From assembly GCA_041389925.1 (NCBI GenBank), contig JAWKQX010000006.1:343837-407836 (forward strand): a DNA stretch of 64,000 nt, read 5' to 3'. Positions 1 through 9,449 of this stretch are shown one piece after another (position 1 is the first letter of the stretch; the number at the start of each line of letters is the position of its first letter). The stretch comes from Kofleriaceae bacterium. GTDB lineage: Bacteria > Myxococcota_A > Polyangia > Haliangiales > Haliangiaceae. The position numbers and the translations under genes were made by a program. The notes under the pieces were generated by a model. That model did no database searches. It saw only the letters and a program-made list of their open reading frames with translations, and was not told the DNA's origin.

Positions 1-541
1 CGTGGATGACCGCGGGCGTGATGCGAAACACGCCGGTGTCGAGCGCGTCGTAGGACGGCAGCATCTTGCCGATCTGGAGGACCCGGCTGCCGTCGGTGCC
101 GACCTTGGTCGCGTCGTCGAGATCGACGCAGTCGGCGATCTTGTAGTCGATGCCGAGCACCGCCTCGTCCTCGGCGAGCGGGAACGCCCGCACGCGCTCC
201 ACCAGGCTGGTCGACCACAGGTGGTCGCTCATCACGAGAAAGGTCGGACCCTGCACGTGCTCTTTCGCCTTGAGCAGGGACGTGCCATTGGGCTTGTCGT
301 ATTCGTGGTTCCAGCAGAACCGCACCGGGATCGCGAAGGTGCGCCTCTCGAGCGCGTCGACCAGGACCTCGCCGAGGTAGCCGACGATCACCACCACCTC
401 CTCGACGCCGGCCCGCGCCAGCCCCTGGATGACCCGCGCGATGAGCGGCTCTCCGCCGACGAGCTCGAGCGGTTTCGGGTAGGGCTTGCCGTTGACCAGT
501 CGCTCGCCCTTGCCGGCGGCGAGGATGATTGCGCGTTCCAT
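1..541 (-). CDS. Nucleotidyltransferase (NTP_transferase / MobA-LicC-like sugar-phosphate or phosphocholine cytidylyltransferase); 5' part only, C-terminus runs off the window start
   Basis: Reverse-complement translation from the ATG near 539-541 gives MERAIILAAGKGERLVNGKPYPKPLELVGGEPLIARV...VVVIVGYLGE, the classic G-x-G-x-R-L nucleotidyltransferase N-terminus. The ORF is not in the six-frame track because it has no in-window stop. Confidence 0.6.
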   Translation of the reverse strand, partial: MERAIILAAGKGERLVNGKPYPKPLELVGGEPLIARVIQGLARAGVEEVVVIVGYLGEVLVDALERRTFAIPVRFCWNHEYDKPNGTSLLKAKEHVQGPTFLVMSDHLWSTSLVERVRAFPLAEDEAVLGIDYKIADCVDLDDATKVGTDGSRVLQIGKMLPSYDALDTGVFRITPAVIH

Positions 542-863
542 CGGTCGCGAGCGGTACCACGCACGGTCCGCGAGTGTAAAGGCGGGACACCTCCGGCGCG
601 CCGCTGCGTGCCAGGCGGCGTGACCGCGCGCAACGTGACCCACCCCACGCAAGCGCGCCGCCGTCGTCGGGTGTGCTAACCCCTCCTCGACGTGAGCTAC
701 GTGTCGGGTCTGGAGCTGTTAGCGGCGCCGGTCACGCTGACGGCCCACGCGCAGAACTTTGGTGTACGTTGCGAAGGACGGTTATGGCAGACACGGCAGG
801 GACTCCGGCGGTAGACTTTGGCGGTGCTCGGGCGCCGCGACTTGGCGCAGGCGAGGTGATGCC

Positions 864-2117
864 ATGATGCGAACCGCGTTGTTGATGTTCGTCGTCGGGA
901 TCGGCTGGATCGGTTGCTACAAGGACAACCCGGCGTTCGACCCCGACGCGGGCATGTCGTGCTCGTCCTCGGCGGACTGCGCCGGTGACCCGGGGCGCCT
1001 CGCGTGCGACGTCTCCGACTCGAAGACCTGCGTCCAGTGCACGGCGGCCGAGCCGGCCGCGTGCACCGGCCGGACGCCGGTCTGCGGGGCGGGCAAGTCG
1101 TGCCGCGCCTGCGAAGCGCATGACGAGTGCAGTTCCAAGCTGTGCCTCCCGGACGGCTCGTGCGCCGCGGGCGACAAGGTCGCGTACGTCGCGCCCGTTC
1201 CCGTCGGCAGCGCCAACGACATGTGCTCAATGGACATGCCATGTACGGAGGTCGCCAAGGCGCTGCAGCGCGGACTTCCCTACATCAAGATTCAGGACAC
1301 CATTGATGAGCTGGTGTCCATCCGCGACCAGAACGTCGCCCTCTTTGGCGACGGGCCGCAAGCGCGGCTCAAGCCGACCAAGCCCGGCATCGTGGTCAAG
1401 ATCGAGGGTGCCAGCGAGGTCGAGATCTATGATCTGGCGATCACCGGAGGCCTCGGAGTAGGCGGCATCGGCGTGGCGACGCCGGTCGGCAGCTCCGTGA
1501 AGCTCAGCCTCGTACGCTCGCGGATCGCGAGCAACGCCGGCGGCGGCATCGTCACGAGCAACAGCAACGTGACGCTGTCGCGCTGCCTGGTCCTGGAGAA
1601 CACCCTGGGCGGCCTCGCGCTGTCCGGCGGGAGCTTCGATGTCACCAACACGTACATCGCGCGCAACGGCGGCGCGGCGAGCAGCTTCGGCGGCGTGCAG
1701 CTCACGAACATGACCGTGGGGACGCACCGCTTCGAGTTCAACACCGTCACCGCGAACTCCGCGATGGTCGGGACCTCCGGGGTGGTGTGCGCGCTGGTCA
1801 ACCAGCCCATCGGCCTCTCCAACAACATCGTCTACGGCAACCTCGGCGCCGGGGCGGGCACCCAGGTCTCCGGCGCCAACTGCACCTGGACGTACTCGGA
1901 CATCGGGCCAGATCCGCTGCAGGTCTCCGGCGAGGGCATCCTGAACGTGGACCCGGCGTTCTCCACCTCGGGCGCGCAGGCCTACAGCCTCTCCGACGGC
2001 TCCATGGTCAAGGACATGGCGGACCCCAACGCGACGCTGATGATCGACTTCGACGGCGACGCACGGCCGCAGGGCGCGCGCCGCGACATGGGCGCCGACG
2101 AGGTCAAGGGACCCTGA
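864..2117 (+). CDS. Secreted Cys-rich right-handed parallel beta-helix repeat protein (pectate-lyase-fold)
   Basis: The ORF 759-2117 is trimmed to the MMRTALLMFVVGIGWIGC signal/lipobox start. It has a Cys-rich N-domain, then repeated G-x-I/V-x-S-N-S-N-V-T-L beta-helix rungs, and a DMGADE C-terminus. Confidence 0.6.
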   Translation: MMRTALLMFVVGIGWIGCYKDNPAFDPDAGMSCSSSADCAGDPGRLACDVSDSKTCVQCTAAEPAACTGRTPVCGAGKSCRACEAHDECSSKLCLPDGSCAAGDKVAYVAPVPVGSANDMCSMDMPCTEVAKALQRGLPYIKIQDTIDELVSIRDQNVALFGDGPQARLKPTKPGIVVKIEGASEVEIYDLAITGGLGVGGIGVATPVGSSVKLSLVRSRIASNAGGGIVTSNSNVTLSRCLVLENTLGGLALSGGSFDVTNTYIARNGGAASSFGGVQLTNMTVGTHRFEFNTVTANSAMVGTSGVVCALVNQPIGLSNNIVYGNLGAGAGTQVSGANCTWTYSDIGPDPLQVSGEGILNVDPAFSTSGAQAYSLSDGSMVKDMADPNATLMIDFDGDARPQGARRDMGADEVKGP

Positions 2118-2280
2118 GCGCACCAAGCTCACCTCGCCCTGCGCGGCAGCGAGCTTTGGCTTGGTGACGGTGAGCGTTGAGCGTGCGTGTCCGAGGGGAC
2201 CGCACGATCGCGCCGGCGACGGCCAGGTCGCTGCACGTCTCGGGGTAGCGCCGCTCTCCTGGCAACCTTCCTGACCAGGT

Positions 2281-2637
2281 CTACGGTAGTAAGCCGCCGT
2301 CGATGAGGGCCAGGAGCAGGTCGATCGCGTTGTGCATCGCGTGGCGGCGGAGGGCGCCATCGCCCGTGCTGTCAAGCTCGGCCTTCCTGGGCGAGGCGTC
2401 GTCGGAGATGCCGCGGATGACGAGGAGGGCGGGCCTCGTGAGGTTCGTCAACGCCCCAAGCGCTCGCGCGCCCTCCTCCCCGATCTCGTTGCCGCCCACG
2501 TAGAGGCTCGTGAGGTTCGTCAGCCGTCCAAGCGCCCGCGCTTCCTCTGCCCCGATCCGGATTCCACGCAGGGAGACCTTCGTGAGCGCACGAAGGGATC
2601 CCATCTTGGAGATTCGTGAGCCAATCGCTTCGGTCAC
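2281..2637 (-). CDS. Leucine-rich-repeat (RNI-like, NLTxLxxxxNxIG) fragment; possible gene remnant
   Basis: The 118-aa ORF shows LTNLTSLYVGGNEIGEEGARALGALTNLT repeats. It has no signal peptide or partner domain and is short for an LRR protein. Confidence 0.3.
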   Translation of the reverse strand: MTEAIGSRISKMGSLRALTKVSLRGIRIGAEEARALGRLTNLTSLYVGGNEIGEEGARALGALTNLTRPALLVIRGISDDASPRKAELDSTGDGALRRHAMHNAIDLLLALIDGGLLP

Positions 2638-2705
2638 GACGAAGGTTCGAGCTTCGGAGACCCTATCGGGGAGCTCAGCATATTCGAGGTCCCACGGCTA
2701 GACGA

Positions 2706-4169
2706 TCAGCGTCCGCGCGCGGCGCGCCACATGGCGCGCGGCCCCATGTCTTGCGTGTAGGTGAGCAGCGGCAACAGCGCGGCGAGCTCGGCGACGATGA
2801 TGCCGAGGAAGCGCACGCCGACGGGGGCGCCGGCGAGCAGGAGCTTGGCGCCGATGCCCGCCGCCACCGCGACCGCGACGCAGAGCGGGATGCCGATCAC
2901 GGCCTTGAGGTAGTCGCGGGCGCGCAGCTTCACGGCGTAGAGCGCCATCGCCATCAGCACGGCGAAGGCGATGGGATATCCAACAGCCCAGGCCGTCGCC
3001 ACCGAGGTGAAGCCCAGGGACGGCCCCAGCACCGTGGCCGCGACGGTGTACAAGATCGGCAGCACGACCGCCGCGCAGCCCTGATAGATCAGCGTGCGGC
3101 CCGGGAAGCCGAGGCCGTCGAGCAGCGGCGGCACCACGAAGCCGACCGAGCGCAGCACGCCGACCAGCGCGAGCACGCGGATCGCCATCGCCGCCGGCAG
3201 GTACTCGGCGTCCACGGTGAGGATCAAGATCTCCTCCGCGGCGACCACCACGATGCCGAGGAAGGTCAGCACGGTGAACAGGTTCAGCCGGGTGAACGAG
3301 ATGAACTGCGCGCGGAGCTGCTCCGGGTCGCGACGCAGCCGCGCGAACGCGGAGAACGCGACCTCGCGGACGACGTCGGAGATGATGCGCACCGGCTCGA
3401 GCACGACCTCGTAGGCCCAGCGGTACATGCCCAGCGCGCTGTCGCCGAACACGCGGCCGACGATCGCGTAGTCGACGTTGGTGTAGAAGTAGAAGAGCAT
3501 CTGGCTGGCCGAGGTCTTGAAGCCGAAGCGCAGGTAGTCGGCGGCGTCGCGGAAGCGGCACACCAGGCGCGGGCGCCACGGGTGCCGGAGCTGGGTGCCG
3601 ACGCCGACGATGACGTAGCGGCACAGCGGTCCGAGCACCAGGCACCACGGCCCGAAGCCGGCGGCGGCGAAGCCGACCTTGCCCGAGAACTCGCCGAGGT
3701 TGCCGACGAGGCGGATGACGGAGAGCTCGCCGTAGCGCAGCTCCTTGCGCATCAGCGACTGCGGGATGAGGTAGAGGTTCTGCCAGAGCAGCTTGGCGCC
3801 GTACGCGAGCGCCATGTTGGCGACGATGACGTGGCCGTAGAAGCGCGTGAACACCGGGTGCAGCGCGGCGAGCGCGAGCACCATCACGATCGACACCAGC
3901 ACGTTGGCCCAGAACACCGTGGAGAGCTTCTCCTCGGTGTGGTCGTCGCGCTGGATCACCGCGGCGGACAGGCCGAGGTCGCTCGCGTAGTCGAGGATCG
4001 CGAACATCCACGCCGCCTTCGTCGCGATGCCGTACTCCGCCTTGGTCAGCCAGAAGCGGAGGATGAGGACGATGGCGACGAAGTCGAGGATCGAGACCGC
4101 GGTGGAGGCCAGCCCCACCCAGGACAGGCTCTTCTTGACGCGGCGCTGGAGCTGCGCTTGCTCGGTCAC
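2706..4169 (-). CDS. Polysaccharide/O-antigen flippase (Wzx, PST/MOP family)
   Basis: 487 aa, polytopic, ~12 predicted TM segments with the typical MOP-flippase layout. It lies directly downstream of the methyltransferase gene on the same strand. Confidence 0.65.
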   Translation of the reverse strand: MTEQAQLQRRVKKSLSWVGLASTAVSILDFVAIVLILRFWLTKAEYGIATKAAWMFAILDYASDLGLSAAVIQRDDHTEEKLSTVFWANVLVSIVMVLALAALHPVFTRFYGHVIVANMALAYGAKLLWQNLYLIPQSLMRKELRYGELSVIRLVGNLGEFSGKVGFAAAGFGPWCLVLGPLCRYVIVGVGTQLRHPWRPRLVCRFRDAADYLRFGFKTSASQMLFYFYTNVDYAIVGRVFGDSALGMYRWAYEVVLEPVRIISDVVREVAFSAFARLRRDPEQLRAQFISFTRLNLFTVLTFLGIVVVAAEEILILTVDAEYLPAAMAIRVLALVGVLRSVGFVVPPLLDGLGFPGRTLIYQGCAAVVLPILYTVAATVLGPSLGFTSVATAWAVGYPIAFAVLMAMALYAVKLRARDYLKAVIGIPLCVAVAVAAGIGAKLLLAGAPVGVRFLGIIVAELAALLPLLTYTQDMGPRAMWRAARGR

Positions 4170-4184
4170 GTGGCTCAGCGTGGC

Positions 4185-5057
4185 TCAGCGCGCGGCGCGA
4201 CGCGCGACCACGACGTACTGATCGGGCAGCGACTCCTTCGCCAGCTCGACGGCCAGGCCGGCGGAGCGGAGCTCCTCGAGGATCACCTCGGGCGGCAGCC
4301 GGTGCTTGGCCGGCGGGCCCTGGGTCGCCTCCATGGTGAAGTCGACGACGTAGATCGCGCCCCCGGGGCGGAGCGCGGCGGCGAGCTTGGCCGCGTAGGC
4401 GCGGCGGTCGCCGAGGTGATGCCAGACGTCGACGATGAGGACGCGATCGACGCCGCCGGCGGGGAGCTTCGGGTCATCGGGCGGCGTCTTCACGGCGCGC
4501 ACGTTGCGCCAGCCCTCGCGCTGGCCGCGCTCGCCGAGGTAGCGGACCATGTCGTCCTCGACGTCGGTGGCGAGCACCTGGCCGGTCGCGCCCACGCCCG
4601 CGGCGAGCCTGCTGATGAAGTACCCGGTGCCGGCGCCGACGTCCGCGACGGTCTGCCCCGGGCGGAGGTCCATCAGGGCCACGACCTCGTCGGGGCGCTG
4701 CCAGGCGTCGCGCGCGGGATCATCGAAGACCTTAGCCCAGCGCTCGGCGCCCTTGAAGTCGTGCTGCATGCCGGCGCTGTGATCGTGCGCGGGCCCGTGG
4801 TCGCCGTGCGCCTGGTCGCCGTGGCCGTGCTCGGCGTGCGCCTGTTTGTCGTGGTCGTGGTCGTGGTCGTGGTCGCCGTGCGCGTGCTCGTTGTGGTCGT
4901 GCTCGCCGTGGTGCTCGTGGTCGCCGTGGTGCTCGTGGTCGGCGGTGGGCGTCGTCGACGGGCTCGGGCCGGGGGCGACAGGCGGCGGGGTAGCCATGCA
5001 CGCAACGTACGACAGCAAGCAGGTCAACGCGAAGAGGGAGCGATGCATGGGCCGCAC
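4185..5057 (-). CDS. Lipoprotein SAM-dependent methyltransferase with N-terminal His-rich (HEHHGDHEHH...HDHDHDHD) metal-binding tract
   Basis: Lipobox LSYVAC. The MT motif I is VADVGAGTGYF and the post-I acidic residue is ATDVEDDM. The ~55-aa tract is almost entirely H/D/E/G. Confidence 0.65.
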   Translation of the reverse strand: MRPMHRSLFALTCLLSYVACMATPPPVAPGPSPSTTPTADHEHHGDHEHHGEHDHNEHAHGDHDHDHDHDKQAHAEHGHGDQAHGDHGPAHDHSAGMQHDFKGAERWAKVFDDPARDAWQRPDEVVALMDLRPGQTVADVGAGTGYFISRLAAGVGATGQVLATDVEDDMVRYLGERGQREGWRNVRAVKTPPDDPKLPAGGVDRVLIVDVWHHLGDRRAYAAKLAAALRPGGAIYVVDFTMEATQGPPAKHRLPPEVILEELRSAGLAVELAKESLPDQYVVVARRAAR

Positions 5058-5204
5058 TGTACCTGGAAACGTGTAGGTCGCACGGCACGGAGGGCACTAC
5101 GGGGGCTGGGGCACCTTGCCGCGGGAGGACGGGGCGGGGGCGTCGACGCTGCCCGACCAGGTCAATCGTCAAGGTGAAACGTCGCCGTCGCCGTCTGCGC
5201 TCAC

Positions 5205-5700
5205 GTGATACGTCAACGCTCACGTGCGGCGGCGGTGACGGTGACGGAGGCGGTGACGGCGGCGGAGGCGGTGGCGGAGGCGGTGGCGGTGACGGAGGCG
5301 GAGACGGTGGCGGTGGCGGAGGCGGCAACGGAGACGGAGGCGGTGACGGTGGCGGAGGCGGAGGCGGTGACGGCGGCGGTGACGGAGGCGGAGGCGGTGA
5401 CGGCAACGGAGACGGAGGCGGAGGCGGAGGCGGAGGCGGAGGCGGAGGCGGCGGCGGTGACGGTGACGGTGACGGAGGCGGTGGCGGTGGCGGTGGCGGT
5501 GACGGTGACGGAGGCGGAGGCGGTGGCGGCAACGGAGACGGAGGCGGTGGCGGTGACGGAGGCGGAGGCGGAGGCGGAGGCGGAGGCGGAGGCGGAGGCG
5601 GTGGCGGTGGCGGTGGCGGTGGCGGTGGCGGAGGCGGTGGCGGTGACGGAGGCGGAGGCGGTGGCGGTGGCGGTGACGGAGGCGGTGACAGCTATCGATC
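5205..5700. repeat. ~490-bp degenerate GGN/GAC microsatellite with 3-nt periodicity ((GGCGGTGACGGN)n-like)
   Basis: The sequence itself shows the tract. The frame reading poly-Gly/Asp (5174-5992) has poor GC3. The frame reading AVTVTEAEA (5205-5999) has ~100% GC3. The antisense frame reads poly-Pro/Ser. The coding status is ambiguous. Confidence 0.7.
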
Positions 5701-6021
5701 GGTCACACTTGGGACCCCGGCTCTCCGTGTTGAAGACATTGACGAGATGCTCTCCGAGGATCGGAGCGTCAAAGGTGGCGTCACCTCCACGTCGCCGTCG
5801 CCATCAACGTTCACGACCACCACGACGACCACGCCCACGACCACGATCACGTCGCCGACCATCGATGGATCTCCATCGAGCCCTGATCCGCACAAGCTCC
5901 CCCGAGCGAGCCCGAGGCCACAACATGGCGATCCACGACACGACGCTGATCGACCTGATGGGGGTCATGGTCTGTCGTGGTCGTGGTCGTGAACGTTGAA
6001 CGCGGACGGACGGTGTGCGGC

Positions 6022-7614
6022 TCACGTCGATGACCGACGCCGGGCGCCGAGGGCGAGGGCGAGGGCCCACAGGAGCAGGCCCGCGGGGCCGGTCCACGCG
6101 CCGAAGCGCACCGCCAACGTGGGCCCCGCGTCGAGCAGCGGGACCTCGTAGCGCAGCGCGCCGGGCGCGTCGATGGGGCCGCGCTCGCGGATCTCGCCGG
6201 TCGGCAGGATGAGCGCGGAGATGCCGGTGTTGGTGGCACGCACCTGCGCGCGGCGGGTCTCGACGGAGCGCACCGCGGCCATCGCCAGGTGCAGCTCCTT
6301 CTCCGCCCGGGACAGGAACCAGGAGTCGTTGGTGAGGTTGACCAGGGCCTGCGCGCCGGCGTCGACGGCGGCCGCGGCGTGGCCGGGGATGAGCGACTCG
6401 TAGCAGATGATCGGGCCAAGTCGGATCACGCGCGCCGGCGCCGCGAGCTTCAGATCGAGCACGCGGGGCGCGCCGCCGACGCCGAAGCGGGCGCGGCCCA
6501 GGAGCGGGATGTATTCGCCGAAGGGGATGAGATGAAACTTGTGGTACTCGGCGAGCTCGCCGTCGGCGTCGAGCAAGAGCGCGCTGTTGTACTCCACCTC
6601 TCCGCTGCGCCGGTAGCCGCCGAAGAGCAGCGGTACCCCGCGCTCGCGCACGAACGTCGTCAGCTCCTGATCGACGTCGTCGTCGAGCGAGCTGCGGTGG
6701 GCGCCGTACGCCAGCGGGTAGGCGGTCTCCGGCCACACCAGGAGCTGCGGCGCGACCGCGCCCTCGGGGAGCCCGGTGGTGAGCTGATCGGACAGCTCGC
6801 CGTAGGCCTTGAGCGTGTGGATGATCCCGTCGACGTCGCCGCGCGCCGCGATCTCCTTGGTGACGTTGCCGATGTTCGCCTGCACGACGCCGACGGACAA
6901 GGTCGGCGCGGCGCGCTGCGCGTCACCGACCTGCCGGCTGCGCACCGCGCCGTAGAGCAAGATCGCCGCCCACAGCGCGCCGGCGACGATCGCGCCGCCG
7001 AGGGCGCGGCGGCGGTGCAGGGCGACCGCGGCGACGACCTCTCCGACGAGCACGGCTGCGAACGTCAAGACGTAGAGGCCGCCCAGGTCGGCGACCTGGA
7101 TGACCCAGAGATCGCCGACGAACGCGACGCCCAGCGTGTCCTGGAAGAGCTTGGGCAACAGCCAGTCGAGGCCGGCGTAGAGCGCCGCGCTCGCGACCAG
7201 CGCGTGCGCGCCGGTGCGGTGGCGCCAGCGCCAGCGGACGACCGCCCAGATCGCGAGCTGAGGCTGCGCGATCGCCGCGTAGAGCGGGAACACCGCCCAG
7301 GAGGCGATCGGCGGCAGCTTGAAGAACGCCTCGACGGCGCCGGGCACCCAGTGGAAGACCAGCGCCGTGGTGAGCGCGCTGGTCGCGAGCCCAGCCAGGA
7401 GCGCGCGCGGCCAGCTCGTCGTCCGGTCGAGCAGCCACGCCAGCGGCGCCAGCGCGATCAGCGCGAACGGCGAGACGCCGAGGGGCGGCGCCGCCAGGGC
7501 GGTGAACCCGGCGGTCGCCAGCACCGCGAGCGCGGCGCGCCACCGCGGCGAGAGCCGGCCCCAGGCTGCCTGGGGCCCGACGCGTGGGGGTGGGCTCGCC
7601 GCGGCGGTCTTCAT
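6022..7614 (-). CDS. lnt: Apolipoprotein N-acyltransferase
   Basis: 530 aa with N-terminal polytopic TM segments and a C-terminal CN-hydrolase domain (ICYESLIPG... catalytic Cys context, WPETAYP). Confidence 0.8.
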   Translation of the reverse strand: MKTAAASPPPRVGPQAAWGRLSPRWRAALAVLATAGFTALAAPPLGVSPFALIALAPLAWLLDRTTSWPRALLAGLATSALTTALVFHWVPGAVEAFFKLPPIASWAVFPLYAAIAQPQLAIWAVVRWRWRHRTGAHALVASAALYAGLDWLLPKLFQDTLGVAFVGDLWVIQVADLGGLYVLTFAAVLVGEVVAAVALHRRRALGGAIVAGALWAAILLYGAVRSRQVGDAQRAAPTLSVGVVQANIGNVTKEIAARGDVDGIIHTLKAYGELSDQLTTGLPEGAVAPQLLVWPETAYPLAYGAHRSSLDDDVDQELTTFVRERGVPLLFGGYRRSGEVEYNSALLLDADGELAEYHKFHLIPFGEYIPLLGRARFGVGGAPRVLDLKLAAPARVIRLGPIICYESLIPGHAAAAVDAGAQALVNLTNDSWFLSRAEKELHLAMAAVRSVETRRAQVRATNTGISALILPTGEIRERGPIDAPGALRYEVPLLDAGPTLAVRFGAWTGPAGLLLWALALALGARRRSST

Positions 7615-7628
7615 CGCGCCGGGTTATC

Positions 7629-8567
7629 TCACAGACCCTGCGCCGCGTGCTCGTCGGCGAGGCGCTGATGGCCGGCCGCCGTCGGGTGGACGTCGTCCGA
7701 CTGCAGGTAGTCGACCACGGTGCTGGTGCCCGTGCGCTTGGTGTTGGCGTCGGTGAGCACCGCCTTCGCGGCGATCACGCGATCGTAGTACGCGCCGAAG
7801 TTGTCCTCGTCGGTCGCGCGGTTGATGCGGACCTGGTCGATGTCCGGCGTGCTGTCGGCGTCCAGGCTGGTGTCGACATCCGCGGCGTTGAACGCCGCCA
7901 GACCGTCGGCGCACTCGAAGCCGCGCGCCCACGCCTCGTTGCACATGTTCCAGTTCGCCTCGACGATGTAGTCGAGGAAGATGTCGAAATGGCGATCCCC
8001 GCCGCAGATCCGGCTCTTGTCCGAGTTCATCCCGGGGTAGTAGAGGCTCATCACGACCACCTTCGAGCCGGCCTTGCGGTTGGCGGCGATGGTGTCGAGC
8101 GCCGAGACCAGGTTGGTGTGGCAGGTGGTGAGGGCGGAGGCCAGCACCGTCTCGTTGGTGCAGCTCGACTGGTTGCGGTACGACTTGCGCGCGTTGAGGA
8201 AGTCGTTGCCGCAGCCCTCGATGGTGATGTAGTCCGCGGCGCGCAGGTCCGTCAGGTTGTTGCGGATCTTGCTGGCGATCTGGGACATCACGTCTCCGCT
8301 CTGCGCGCGGCCGCGATAGGACACGCTCGCGTCGAGCGAGTTCGCGACGGTGCGGCCGTAGCGGACCGCATACGAGTCCGTCCGACAGAAGATTCCGCAG
8401 TACCCTGCGGCGATCGAGTCACCAAACGCGGTGTTCACCCGCGTCGTGGTCCAGGTGCCGTCCGAGGGCCGCAGGGTGCGAGACTCCGAGCCGGCGGCGA
8501 AGGCCGAAGACGTTAGTGCAGTGATGGTGGCTACGCTGAAGACAATCGCGAGAAGTTGATTGCGCAT
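7629..8567 (-). CDS. Secreted SGNH/GDSL-family lipase/esterase
   Basis: Signal peptide MRNQLLAIVFSVATITALTSSAFA. Block I is AFGDSIAAGY, block III is GCGNDF, block V is DDVHPT. Its 5' end and upstream region have lower GC than the surroundings. Confidence 0.7.
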   Translation of the reverse strand: MRNQLLAIVFSVATITALTSSAFAAGSESRTLRPSDGTWTTTRVNTAFGDSIAAGYCGIFCRTDSYAVRYGRTVANSLDASVSYRGRAQSGDVMSQIASKIRNNLTDLRAADYITIEGCGNDFLNARKSYRNQSSCTNETVLASALTTCHTNLVSALDTIAANRKAGSKVVVMSLYYPGMNSDKSRICGGDRHFDIFLDYIVEANWNMCNEAWARGFECADGLAAFNAADVDTSLDADSTPDIDQVRINRATDEDNFGAYYDRVIAAKAVLTDANTKRTGTSTVVDYLQSDDVHPTAAGHQRLADEHAAQGL

Positions 8568-8777
8568 GACACTCCTTCTTGGATGAGGCGCGACCATACG
8601 TCAGCCAATCTGCACTTTCGCAACGACAACCAAGCAAAATTCAATGCTTACAGTTGCATGAGTTGTCGCTGTTTGTAGGTGTATTCCGCCTATTTTTGCC
8701 GCTCTGCATCCTAACGGATTGCGCGTGGCGCTGACCGCTTCTCCCCAAACCGATAGGTTTGCGCCTCAGGGAACTGC

Positions 8778-9287
8778 CTAGGCTGCTTGCTGCACGGCGT
8801 CGCGGAGCTTTCGCCTGGCGCGAAACGCTCGAATCTTCACATTCGAGACCGAGAGCCCCAGCGCGCGTGCGACTGCTGGCTCGGAGAGACCGCGCTCGAA
8901 CCGCAAACGGAAGACATCACTATAGGCGGGATCGAGCCTGGAAATTTCTTGCTGTAGGCGTCTGTGTTCCTGGGCCCGCTCGAGCAGCTCTTCGGGGGTG
9001 GCGACGTCGCCGCGCGTGAGCGCGTCGTTCTCCGCCGCGCCGAGGTGGAGCACGGAGCGCCGGCGTCTCCGTCGGAGATGCGAGAGCCCGACCGACATGG
9101 CGATCTTGAAGAGCCACGTATGGTAGCGAGAGTCTCCTCGGAACCGCTCGCGGTTTCGATAGGCCAAGAGCAGCGCGTCCTGCGCGACGTCGGCGGCGTC
9201 CGCGTCTCCGACGATCCTGCGAGATACCGCGAGCAGGAACTGGCGGTCCGCCGCGGTGAACGTCACGGCGTTCGCTCGTTCGGGCAT
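8778..9287 (-). CDS. ECF (sigma-70 family, RpoE-like) RNA polymerase sigma factor
   Basis: The 169-aa C-terminal part of ORF 8778-9980 starts at MPERANAV. Region 2 reads DAADVAQDALLLAYRNRERFRGDSRYHTWLFKIA. The region 4 HTH reads LSEPAVARALGLSVSNVKIRAFRARRKL. The ORF's upstream 231-aa extension is an artefact overlapping the divergent gene. Confidence 0.75.
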   Translation of the reverse strand: MPERANAVTFTAADRQFLLAVSRRIVGDADAADVAQDALLLAYRNRERFRGDSRYHTWLFKIAMSVGLSHLRRRRRRSVLHLGAAENDALTRGDVATPEELLERAQEHRRLQQEISRLDPAYSDVFRLRFERGLSEPAVARALGLSVSNVKIRAFRARRKLRDAVQQAA

Positions 9288-9449
9288 GGGCCAGGTAGTG
9301 CACGCGCGATGCCAGCGAGTGGGGCGCAACAAGCCCTCGAAAACGGCGCAGGAGTGTCGCCGGAGCGTCCAGAAGTTGTCGGGGCGCCCGGCAACGGGTG
9401 ACGACCTGTCGGACGTCCATACACTCGCACCGCGTGGTAGGGTGGCGCC

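Noticed and set aside
2616-5177. 853-aa plus-strand ORF rich in Arg/Asp/Gly/His
   Set aside because: It lies antisense to the well-supported flippase and methyltransferase genes. It has low-complexity composition typical of spurious ORFs in 70% GC DNA.
4732-5532. Poly-Pro/Ser ORF (PPPPSPSPPPP...)
   Set aside because: It is the reverse complement of the glycine-codon microsatellite and overlaps the methyltransferase gene. A compositional artefact.
5205-5700. Possible CRISPR array suggested by the regular repeats
   Set aside because: The period is 3-12 nt with no unique spacers and no cas genes. It is a microsatellite.
5174-5992. Gly/Asp-rich 272-aa protein as a real gene
   Set aside because: About half of third codon positions are A/T, in a genome where GC3 is >90%. 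No signal peptide. I kept it only as a repeat feature.
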